A stretch of DNA of 64,000 nt from positions 17,085 through 81,084 of the forward strand of contig JAJCXT010000055.1 of NCBI GenBank assembly GCA_029263295.1. The letters are read 5' to 3'. Each line of letters opens with the position of its first letter. The first letter of the stretch is position 1. Shown one piece after another: positions 36,570 through 44,603 of this stretch. Made by a program: the position numbers and the translations under genes. This DNA is from Acidobacteriota bacterium (lineage in GTDB: Bacteria > Acidobacteriota > UBA890 > WLXD01). Below the pieces are notes generated by a model. The model was given only the letters and a program-made list of their open reading frames with translations. It was not told the origin of the DNA and searched no databases.

Positions 36570-36615
36570 GCACAGTCGTCACGGGTACTTGCGGACGGTG
36601 ATTTGCTTTTATATA

Positions 36616-36646
36616 TGTAAATCGAATATATTCACTTTGATTTACA
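36616..36646. promoter_or_regulatory. Nested dyad: TGTAAATC-N15-GATTTACA enclosing the perfect 10-bp palindrome GAATATATTC, upstream of PadR-6
   Basis: 'tgtaaatcgaatatattcactttgatttaca' ends 16 bp before the GTG start at 36662. The RBS AGGAG is at 36651-36655. Confidence 0.55.
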
Positions 36647-36661
36647 CAGAAGGAGTCTCCC

Positions 36662-37006
36662 GTGTCTGAACCGCAAGATTTGATTCCGCTTCGACCCGTT
36701 GACCTACAAATCCTGCTCGTGCTTGCCAACGCCAACCTGCATGGTTACGGCGTGATGAAGGCCGTTCGGGAAGAGTCGGGCGGCCGGGTCGGCCTCGAAG
36801 TCGGGTCGCTCTACCGCGTCATCAACCGCCTGCTGGACAGCGACCTGATCGAGCAGGTCGCGCCGGCAGCCGGCAGCGATGACCCGCGACGCAAACACGA
36901 CTACGCCATCACCGAACTCGGCCGTGCCACGGTTCGCGCCGAGAGCGAGCGCCTCGCCCAGGTGTTGGCCACCGCGCGCGCACGCGACCTGGCTGGCCGA
37001 GCGTGA
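36662..37006 (+). CDS. PadR-family transcriptional regulator (subtype B; module 6)
   Basis: 114 aa with 'VDLQILLVLANANLHGYGVMKAVREESGGRVGLEVGSLYRVINRLLDSDLI'. Confidence 0.85.
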   Translation: MSEPQDLIPLRPVDLQILLVLANANLHGYGVMKAVREESGGRVGLEVGSLYRVINRLLDSDLIEQVAPAAGSDDPRRKHDYAITELGRATVRAESERLAQVLATARARDLAGRA

Positions 37007-39732
37007 GCGACCTCCGCGTTCCCGGACTGACGCTCGCCGCGCACCTGCTGCGATCGGCTACGCTCGCGTACCCTCTCGCCTTTCGCCGCCGCTTCGCGTC
37101 CGAGATGCAGTGCGCGTTCCAGGAGCGCTGCTCGGACGCTTGGAGGGACCGCGGCAGCCGAGGACTAGCGGCGGCCGTGAGCCGCACGATTCTCGATGTC
37201 CTCCGCGCCGGATTGGGCGAACGACTCGAACACCGCCGTACCGCTCCCGCACCTGGCCCCCACCTCCGCCCCGATCCCCCAGATCGTGTGCCCATGTTCA
37301 GCTCGACTCTGCAAGACATCCGTTTCGCAGCCCGTCTGTTGCGCAAGAACCCCGGATTCACTCTGGTGGCTGTGCTCACGTTGGCCCTCGGCATCGGCGC
37401 GAACACCGCCATCTTCACGCTCGTCGACTCGCTCCTCGGCCGCCCGCTGCCCGGCATCGAGGACTCGGACAGCCTGTTCGCCCTCTACACCGCGGACAGC
37501 GGCGGCTCGCCTGGCGTCTCGTCGATCGTCGATTTCCGTGACTTCGAGGAACAACTCGACACTGTGTCCGGCGTCGCCGCCTACAAGCCACGCGGAGCCA
37601 ACGTCAGCAACGGCGGCGTGACCGAGCAATTGTCGAGCATGATGGTCACGGGCAGCTACTTCGAGGTGCTTGGTGTCGCTGCAGTCCTCGGCCGAACGAT
37701 CGGGCTGGAGGACGACATCGAGCCCGACGGCCACCCCGTAGGGCTGATCTCGTATGGCCTGTGGCAGCGACGCTTCGCCGGCGATCCGGATGCCGTAGGC
37801 AGCGAGCTTCGAGTCAACGGTCGCGCGTTCACGATCATCGGCGTCACCCCACGAGGCTTCCGAGGAACCTGGCTGGAAAGCGGACCCGACCTATTCGTCC
37901 CCATGGCAATGCAGCCAACCATGATGCCGGGTAACGGCAACCTTCTGGAGCGGCGAGGCTGGGGCGGAGTCCTGGTGCTCGGACGCAGGGCCGAGGGACA
38001 GAGCGTGGAAGCCGTCCGGGCCGAGATCGAGACCGTCGGCGCCTGGCTGCGGACGACGTTTCGTGTGGCCCAGGGACGCGACTATCAGGTCGTATCGTTC
38101 GCCGAGGGAACCATGGCCCCACAGGCGCGAACGATGGTGGTTCAGCTCAGCGCGTTGTTGTTCATCGTGGCCGGATTGGTCCTCCTGATCGCCTGTGTGA
38201 ACGTAGCGAATCTGCTACTGGCGCGAGCCGCCAGACGGACTCGCGAAATCGCGGTGCGCCAGGCACTCGGAGCTGGCCGCCGACGGATCGTCAATCAACT
38301 GATGGCCGAGAGCCTGCTGTTGAGCGGACTCGGAGGCGTCGTCGGCATAGGCGTTGGCGCCTTCCTGGCGCGCGCTGTCGGCCAGCTCCCTGTCGGCCTC
38401 ACGATGGCGACGGGCATCGACCAGCGCGCTCTGCTCTTCTGTGCGGGAGTGACTCTCCTCACCGGGCTGGCTTTCGGGCTCGTTCCGGCTCGCCGCGCCG
38501 CCCAGATCGACGTCAACAGCCGCTTGCGCGATGGCGGGCAGAACGTCTCGGCCCGCGGCGGGCTCTCGAGCGGCCTGGTCGTTGTGCAGGTGGCGATCTC
38601 TGTCGTGCTGCTGGTCACCGCGGGTCTGTTTGTGCGGACCCTCGCCAACCTGAGTCGTCTGGACCTCGGCTTCGACCCTGCTGTGGCGACCGTTGGCACG
38701 GACCCCGGCCTGCAGGGCTATTCGACTGCCGAGACGGCACAGTTCTACGCAGCGGCCCGGGAGCGGCTGGCCGCGCTGCCAGGTGTGCAGCGCGTCAGCT
38801 ACGTCAACGCGCTACCGGGCCCGGAGAACGACGGCGAGGACACCTTCTCGATCGACGGCTACGCCCCTGCCGACGGCAACCCCGTCGCGCTCTTCAGCCT
38901 CGTCGGGCCTGACTACTTCGAGCTACTCCGCATCCCGATCGTGGAGGGTCGGGGCCTGCTCGTCACGGACACAGAAGGCACTCAGGGCGTGGTAGTGATC
39001 AACCAGGCTGGCGCCGACCGACTCGAGCAACTCACCGGTCGGCCCGGGCTAGGCGCCCGCCTCAGTGTCTTCGGCAGCCCGTGGGTCGAGGTTGTCGGCG
39101 TGGTCGCTAACAGCGTGACCAGCGGTGTCGCCGACGCCCCCCGCACCACACTGTATGTGCCCCAGCAGCAGCTGGCCTCCACACCATTCGCTTCGCGAAT
39201 GACGCTGCTAGTACGAGCTGACGGCGAGCCGGCCACCATGGTCGAGGAGGTGCGGAACGTCGTGCGCTCAATCGACCCCGCGTTGCCCGTCTTCAACGTT
39301 GGCACGCTGGAAACACGGATGGCGAGCGCGCTCGCCCAGGAACGCCTCACCGCCGTGGCCATAGGCGCCGCCGCCCTTTTGGCACTGGCGCTGGCGCTCG
39401 TCGGCCTGTACGGAATCCTCGCCTATACCGTGAGTCGCCGGGCAGCGGAACTCGGAGTCCGTATGGCCCTCGGCGCCGACGCCTCGCACCTCGTACGGAT
39501 GGTGCTCCGGCAAGCCTCTGCTTTGGTCGTGCTGGGCCTGGTGTTCGGGTTAGCCGGCGCGGCCGCGCTTGCTGGGCTGGTGGAGGGCTTCCTGTTCGAT
39601 GTCGCGGCCCTCGACGTGGCCACCTACGTCGGAGTCCTGGCACTGATGTTCGCCGTCAGCCTGGCTGCCGCATGGGTACCCGCGCGGCGCGCCACGAGCC
39701 TGGACCCGGTACGCGCACTCCGCAGCGAGTAA
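37003..39732 (+). CDS. MacB/FtsX-type duplicated orphan permease (ADOP family) with prefix domain (module 6)
   Basis: The GTG start overlaps the PadR-6 stop (GTGA). The prefix is 'LTLAAHLLRSATLAYPLAFRRRFASEMQCAFQERCSD'. FtsX block 1 is 'NVANLLLARAARRTREIAVRQALGA' and block 2 is 'YTVSRRAAELGVRMALGA'. The C-terminus is 'PVRALRSE'. Confidence 0.85.
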   Translation: MSDLRVPGLTLAAHLLRSATLAYPLAFRRRFASEMQCAFQERCSDAWRDRGSRGLAAAVSRTILDVLRAGLGERLEHRRTAPAPGPHLRPDPPDRVPMFSSTLQDIRFAARLLRKNPGFTLVAVLTLALGIGANTAIFTLVDSLLGRPLPGIEDSDSLFALYTADSGGSPGVSSIVDFRDFEEQLDTVSGVAAYKPRGANVSNGGVTEQLSSMMVTGSYFEVLGVAAVLGRTIGLEDDIEPDGHPVGLISYGLWQRRFAGDPDAVGSELRVNGRAFTIIGVTPRGFRGTWLESGPDLFVPMAMQPTMMPGNGNLLERRGWGGVLVLGRRAEGQSVEAVRAEIETVGAWLRTTFRVAQGRDYQVVSFAEGTMAPQARTMVVQLSALLFIVAGLVLLIACVNVANLLLARAARRTREIAVRQALGAGRRRIVNQLMAESLLLSGLGGVVGIGVGAFLARAVGQLPVGLTMATGIDQRALLFCAGVTLLTGLAFGLVPARRAAQIDVNSRLRDGGQNVSARGGLSSGLVVVQVAISVVLLVTAGLFVRTLANLSRLDLGFDPAVATVGTDPGLQGYSTAETAQFYAAARERLAALPGVQRVSYVNALPGPENDGEDTFSIDGYAPADGNPVALFSLVGPDYFELLRIPIVEGRGLLVTDTEGTQGVVVINQAGADRLEQLTGRPGLGARLSVFGSPWVEVVGVVANSVTSGVADAPRTTLYVPQQQLASTPFASRMTLLVRADGEPATMVEEVRNVVRSIDPALPVFNVGTLETRMASALAQERLTAVAIGAAALLALALALVGLYGILAYTVSRRAAELGVRMALGADASHLVRMVLRQASALVVLGLVFGLAGAAALAGLVEGFLFDVAALDVATYVGVLALMFAVSLAAAWVPARRATSLDPVRALRSE

Positions 39733-39835
39733 AGGCTCGGCCGCCAGCTTCGACGTCGTAATCGGAGTCAGCGCTAGGAACCGGCCGTTTGATCCAACGT
39801 CGAGACGCGCGCTCGCGGTTGCATGATTCTGCTAT

Positions 39836-39859
39836 ATATGTAACTAATAAGTTACATAT
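39836..39859. promoter_or_regulatory. Inverted repeat ATATGTAAC-N6-GTTACATAT overlapping the ArsR start codon (candidate autoregulatory operator)
   Basis: It has perfect 9-bp arms. The right arm ends inside the ATG at 39858-39860. Confidence 0.5.
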
Positions 39860-40205
39860 GGAAATCGACTCGTTCGACGCCATCTTCCAGGCGCTCGCCC
39901 ACCCGGCCCGCCGCCGCATGCTCGACATCGTCAAGGACGCGCCCGGCTGCAACGTCAACGACGTTGCAGCCGCGTTCGAGATGAGCCGCATCGGCGTGAT
40001 GAAGCACCTGAGCAAGCTCGAGGATGCGGGTCTGATCCACTCGGAGAAGTCGGGGCGGGTTCGGCGACTCTACTTCAACGTGGTGCCGATCCAGCTTGTG
40101 TACGACCGCTGGACCCACGAGTACAGCGCCTGGTGGGCCGGGCGCCTGGCCGACATCAAGTACGCCGTGGAAACCGGCGCCGACACCGAGGATACCGATG
40201 GCTGA
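39858..40205 (+). CDS. ArsR/SmtB-family transcriptional regulator
   Basis: It has the 'FQALAHPARRRMLDIV...NVNDVAAAFEMSRIGVMKHLSKLEDAGLI' HTH. The track ORF starts earlier at 39789 with a GTG; the ATG at 39858 is preferred. Confidence 0.8.
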   Translation: MEIDSFDAIFQALAHPARRRMLDIVKDAPGCNVNDVAAAFEMSRIGVMKHLSKLEDAGLIHSEKSGRVRRLYFNVVPIQLVYDRWTHEYSAWWAGRLADIKYAVETGADTEDTDG

Positions 40206-40752
40206 GACCGAGACCTTCGTCGCCAAGATCTTCATTCGCGGAACGATCGACGCGGTGTGGCGCGAAATCACCAAGACTGACGCCGTGCAGGGCGCCATGT
40301 TCAACATGCGCATGCACACCAACGGACTCGCCCTGGGCGGCCACATCCAGATGCGCACGGACGATGGCAAGTACACCGGCGTCGTCGGCGAGATCCTCGA
40401 ATACGACCCGCCGCACCGGTATGCCCACACCTTCCGCTTCACTCAACACGACGACCCGCAGTGCGTGGTCACCTACGACCTCGAGGAGGTGGACGGCGGC
40501 GTTGAGTTCACGCTCACGTCCAGCGACGTGACCGTCGGCACCAAGACCGCCAAACAGATGAAGAGCGGCGGCGACTTCATCTGCAAGACCCTCAAGGCCA
40601 TCATCGAGACTGGCCGCCCCAAGCTACATGTGCGCCTTATCTACGGGATCTTCCGCTTGCTCGCCTTCACCTCGCCCGCGCACACCCGCGCGGAGCACTG
40701 GCCCCTCGAGGGCGGCGACCACGCGGACACCGCAACCACGCCACCAGCCTGA
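40198..40752 (+). CDS. SRPBCC-superfamily protein, AHSA1 (activator of Hsp90 ATPase homologue)-like
   Basis: The ATG overlaps the ArsR stop ('gATGgcTGA'). 'FVAKIFIRGTIDAVWREITK...' marks the typical AHSA1/polyketide-cyclase-like fold, canonically partnered with ArsR. Confidence 0.65.
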   Translation: MAETETFVAKIFIRGTIDAVWREITKTDAVQGAMFNMRMHTNGLALGGHIQMRTDDGKYTGVVGEILEYDPPHRYAHTFRFTQHDDPQCVVTYDLEEVDGGVEFTLTSSDVTVGTKTAKQMKSGGDFICKTLKAIIETGRPKLHVRLIYGIFRLLAFTSPAHTRAEHWPLEGGDHADTATTPPA

Positions 40753-40766
40753 ACCAGGAGTCGACC

Positions 40767-41288
40767 ATGATTCCCCGCGACACGATTCGAGCCGCCGCTC
40801 TGACCCTCACCATCGCTGCCGCCTCCGTTGGCATACTGCGCGCCAACCCGGCGACCACGTCTCCGCAGTCCGCCAACTCGCTCGAGGCCTTCGAGCGCGT
40901 CGTCGGCGGCGCCTGGACGAGTGAGGGATCAGCGGCCACCTTCGAGTGGAGCTTCGGCCATCGCTCGGTTATCGCCAAGTCCTACACGGTGGCTGCAGAC
41001 GGATCTCGGAACCTGGTCGGTCAGGGGTTCTTCTACTGGGACCCTGAAGCTGCGGCGATCAAGAGTGTCTCGGTTGCCGAAGGCATGCCGTTCGAGGTGC
41101 TCGAGATGACCTCTCGCTTCGAAGACAACGTACTCGTCAACGAGATCCGCACCATCGCCTCGGACGGCAGCATCGGCGCCTACGTCGAAACCTGGGAGTT
41201 CACCGACTCCGATACCTACGCGTGGACCCTGTACGAGGGTGACCTCGGTAGCGCCGTCTGGATGACCGACACCTACCATCGCCGATAG
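40767..41288 (+). CDS. Secreted hypothetical protein
   Basis: 173 aa with signal peptide 'AAALTLTIAAASVGILRA'. No family is recognised. Confidence 0.45.
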   Translation: MIPRDTIRAAALTLTIAAASVGILRANPATTSPQSANSLEAFERVVGGAWTSEGSAATFEWSFGHRSVIAKSYTVAADGSRNLVGQGFFYWDPEAAAIKSVSVAEGMPFEVLEMTSRFEDNVLVNEIRTIASDGSIGAYVETWEFTDSDTYAWTLYEGDLGSAVWMTDTYHRR

Positions 41289-41306
41289 GTGCCGGTCTCC
41301 TAGTCA

Positions 41307-44300
41307 CTACTGCTGCTGGTCCCGGTCCGGGTACTGGAACCGCAGGTCCGGGTACGCCGGGGCTGCCGGGATCGCACGCGGGTCTTCTGCAATCTTCTGC
41401 AGCAGGTACTCGATGGCCGTGTCGAGTTGCGCGTCTTCGCCGTTGAAGGTGGCGTGCGGCAGGTTGATCACCTCGATGTCGGGCACCACGCCCCACTGCT
41501 CGATCAGCCATTCACCTTCCGGGCCATAGACGCCGCTCATGGGCGCCCGGGCCAGGCCACCATCGCTGAGGCGGTTCGTCGACGAGAGCCAGATCTCGCC
41601 GCCCCATGTGCGGGCGCCGATCACCGGGCCCATGCCGAGGCGACGAAACCCTTCCGCGAACGCCTCACCGTCCGACGCGGTGTTCTCGTCCACCAGGACG
41701 ACCATGTGACCGCGGAAGGCGTATTGCATGTTCCAGGTCGACCGGCCAACGCGACCCTTCCAGTAGAACCACGCCGGCCGCATCAGCTTCTCGAGGATGA
41801 TGCTGTCGATGTTGCCGCCACGGTTGCGGCGCACGTCGACGATCAAGCCCGGCCGATCGTGTACGGGGTAGAACTGCCGATACCAGGCGTTGATGTCGTT
41901 GGATCCCATCGCCCGCAAATGGACGTAGCCGATCTCGCCCGCGGCCACGTCTTCGACCTCCAGCCTCCGGGTGTACTCCCAGTCGCTGTAGCGCAGGTTC
42001 AGTTCGTTGGTGGTGGGCACGACGATTAGGTCGCGACTCTCGCCGCCGGCTCCCGGCCGCACACGTAGCAACACCTGTCTGCCCTGCTGGTTGCGGAGCA
42101 AGGCGCCGATGTGTCCCACGGACAGCGTGTCGACGCCGTTGACCGCCACGATGACGTCACCGTTGGCGAGACCCAGGCCGGGGTCCGCCAGCGGCGACAG
42201 CTCGTCCGGGTAGTCCGGGTCACCCTCGTAGATGTGATCGATCCGGTACCCGCCGGCGTCCGGATCGCGAACCAGGCGCGCCCCGAGGGTCGCAACTGCC
42301 ACATCGTCATCGCCCTCGCGTAGGTCGCCGCCGCGCACGCTGGTGTGCAGCGCCGATAGTTCGCCGATCACCCGACCGATGAGCTGGTTGAGTTCAGCTC
42401 GTGTCGTCACGCGGCCGACGAGTTCGAGGTACTTCTCCAACACGACATCCCAGGCAGCCCCGTGCATGCCGGGATCGTAGAAGTAGTCGCGTTCGAGCCG
42501 CCAGGCATCGACGAAGAGTTGCCGCCAGTCGGCTGCGACGTCGATCGAGAAGGTCCAACCACTGAGGTCGACCTTGCTCTTGGCGAGACTACCGTTGGCG
42601 CTGCCAGGCCTGGCGTTGATGACGTAGATGTCGCTGCCGCGTCGCACCATCAGCTTCTTGCCGTTGGCGGACAGCTCGTACCCACCTATCCCCTCGAGCA
42701 CTTGCTCGGGCTCGGGGTCATCGTTGCCGATAGCCATGCCCATCAGATTCCCGCGGAAGCTGCCGGACTGGCGCGCGCGCCAGAATAGAGCGTCCTTCGT
42801 GACCGAGAGGCCTGAGTAGTTGCCGGGCGAGACCGGCACTTCCTTGACGCGCCGCGCGATGCCGTCGAGGTCGACGGCCATGCCGCTGGTGCCGGAGTGT
42901 CCGGGCTCGTCATCGCCGTCTGCCGACTCCGCCTTCGAGTCGTCGGCATCAGCCAGCGCCCGGCTGAGTTCGTCATCCGGCGTGAACGGCGAGCGCAGGC
43001 CTGCCTGCATGGAGATCTGGTAGACCTTCATCGTGCGATCGAAGTAAGGCTCGGGAGCCCGAGGGCCCCAGGGGCTACCGACAGACGTTCGCAGGTTGCG
43101 ATCTGAGAGGAAGTACAGCCATTCGCCGTCGGGGCTGAACGCGGGACTGACGCTGTTCACGCGGTCCGAGGTCAGCGCGGTGCGCGCGTCGGTCGCCAGC
43201 TCGTACAGCCAGAGTTGGGCGTACGTGTTCATCGCGGCCTGCACGTACGTCAGCCAACGGCTATCGGGCGACCAGGCAACGTCGCCTGTCCCCTCGCGGT
43301 TCGTCGAAACCAGGCGCTGCTGACCGGTCTCCACCTCAAGCAGCCACAGGTCGTTGTTGTTGTCCGTGTACGCAACCATATGTCCATCAGGCGACGGCGT
43401 TCCCTCGAAGCGCAGCACGGCGCCGTCATCGGTGATGGGCGTTTCCTCACCAACCCCGTTGGCAGGAATGGTCGCAAACTCGAGTTCTCCCGAGGTGTCG
43501 GTAAGCCCCAACAGCGTCTCACCGTCGGGCATGAAAACGACGTCACGGTAGCGCACGCCTTCTCGGCGTGAGGCGCGGACCAGTCGACCCGAACCGGCGG
43601 GCGCCACGAACACGCGGCCGCGCGAGGTCAGCACGACGCTCTCGCCATCGGGATGGATGTGGGCCGAACTCAGGTAGTCCATCGGTTCGGTGACCCACTT
43701 CTCACGCATCTGGTCGAAGTCGGAGGCAAGGCTGATCGGCACCAGCGCGTCCGCGTCCGCCGCGATGTCATACGTCCAGATGTCGGCGCCGACCTGGTAG
43801 GCGATGTGACCCTGGGCTATCGAGGCTTCCTTCACATCCCAGCCGCTGTGCTGGGTGTGCTGCTGCAGGTCGCTGCCGGCCTCGTTCATCGACCAGATGT
43901 TCATCGTGCCATCGCGAGGCGTCACGAAGTACACGCGGCCGTTCCACCACATCGGCGTGTGGCTCTCACCGTCATAGTCGGCGGTGAGCGGCTCGGCTTC
44001 GGGCGCACCCGACTCGTACTTCCAGATCTTGCGCGCGGTTCCGCCGGTGTAGCGCTTGGTTACGTTGCCGTGGAAACCGGGCCGAACGAAGAAGATCGTG
44101 GCGCCATCGTCGCGGTACGCGACCTCGCTCGCGTCGGCCAACGGCACAACGCTACGTGTGTTGGCGGCCAGATCGAGTTCCACCAACTGGCGCTTGGGCA
44201 AGGTGGAGTAGCTGGCCGTTGCGTAGACCAGATCCCCTGCCGGAGTCCAACCCACGGGTGTCGACGAATCGGCTTCGTAGGTCTGCCGCGTCGGCAGCCC

Positions 44301-44603
44301 GCCAGCGAACGGCATCGTATAGACCTCGGCCACACCTTCGTAGTTGCCGCGATAGGCCAGCGTTCGGCCATCCGGCGAGATCGTCGGGTAGCTCTCCTCT
44401 TCGGCATGCGTCGTCAGCCGCTGCGCGAGCCCGCCCGAGGCGGCAACCTGCCATAGGTCCCCCTCGGCGGCGAACACCAGTGTGTCGCCGTGCAAAGTTG
44501 GATAGCGATAGTACCCTTCCCTGCCACCCTGCGACCAAGCGGTGGACGAGAACAACAACACGGCAACAACTGCGAGCACGCGACGCATGGTGAGCTCCTT
44601 CAT
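41307..44603 (-). CDS. Tricorn protease homologue (N-terminal beta-propellers, PDZ, C-terminal S41 peptidase)
   Basis: 1098 aa. A signal peptide is followed by 'YRYPTLHGDTLVFAAEGDLWQV', the characteristic tricorn N-terminus, then repeated PD40/propeller blades, a PDZ-like region and a C-terminal S41-like region. Confidence 0.7.
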   Translation of the reverse strand: MKELTMRRVLAVVAVLLFSSTAWSQGGREGYYRYPTLHGDTLVFAAEGDLWQVAASGGLAQRLTTHAEEESYPTISPDGRTLAYRGNYEGVAEVYTMPFAGGLPTRQTYEADSSTPVGWTPAGDLVYATASYSTLPKRQLVELDLAANTRSVVPLADASEVAYRDDGATIFFVRPGFHGNVTKRYTGGTARKIWKYESGAPEAEPLTADYDGESHTPMWWNGRVYFVTPRDGTMNIWSMNEAGSDLQQHTQHSGWDVKEASIAQGHIAYQVGADIWTYDIAADADALVPISLASDFDQMREKWVTEPMDYLSSAHIHPDGESVVLTSRGRVFVAPAGSGRLVRASRREGVRYRDVVFMPDGETLLGLTDTSGELEFATIPANGVGEETPITDDGAVLRFEGTPSPDGHMVAYTDNNNDLWLLEVETGQQRLVSTNREGTGDVAWSPDSRWLTYVQAAMNTYAQLWLYELATDARTALTSDRVNSVSPAFSPDGEWLYFLSDRNLRTSVGSPWGPRAPEPYFDRTMKVYQISMQAGLRSPFTPDDELSRALADADDSKAESADGDDEPGHSGTSGMAVDLDGIARRVKEVPVSPGNYSGLSVTKDALFWRARQSGSFRGNLMGMAIGNDDPEPEQVLEGIGGYELSANGKKLMVRRGSDIYVINARPGSANGSLAKSKVDLSGWTFSIDVAADWRQLFVDAWRLERDYFYDPGMHGAAWDVVLEKYLELVGRVTTRAELNQLIGRVIGELSALHTSVRGGDLREGDDDVAVATLGARLVRDPDAGGYRIDHIYEGDPDYPDELSPLADPGLGLANGDVIVAVNGVDTLSVGHIGALLRNQQGRQVLLRVRPGAGGESRDLIVVPTTNELNLRYSDWEYTRRLEVEDVAAGEIGYVHLRAMGSNDINAWYRQFYPVHDRPGLIVDVRRNRGGNIDSIILEKLMRPAWFYWKGRVGRSTWNMQYAFRGHMVVLVDENTASDGEAFAEGFRRLGMGPVIGARTWGGEIWLSSTNRLSDGGLARAPMSGVYGPEGEWLIEQWGVVPDIEVINLPHATFNGEDAQLDTAIEYLLQKIAEDPRAIPAAPAYPDLRFQYPDRDQQQ

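Noticed and set aside
30171-39859. A possible CRISPR array or mobile-element terminal inverted repeats, raised by the recurring AT-rich palindromes
   Set aside because: The palindromes are all different from each other. They are not regularly spaced direct repeats. They sit singly in gene leaders, and no transposase or integrase genes are present. They fit paralogue-specific operators better.
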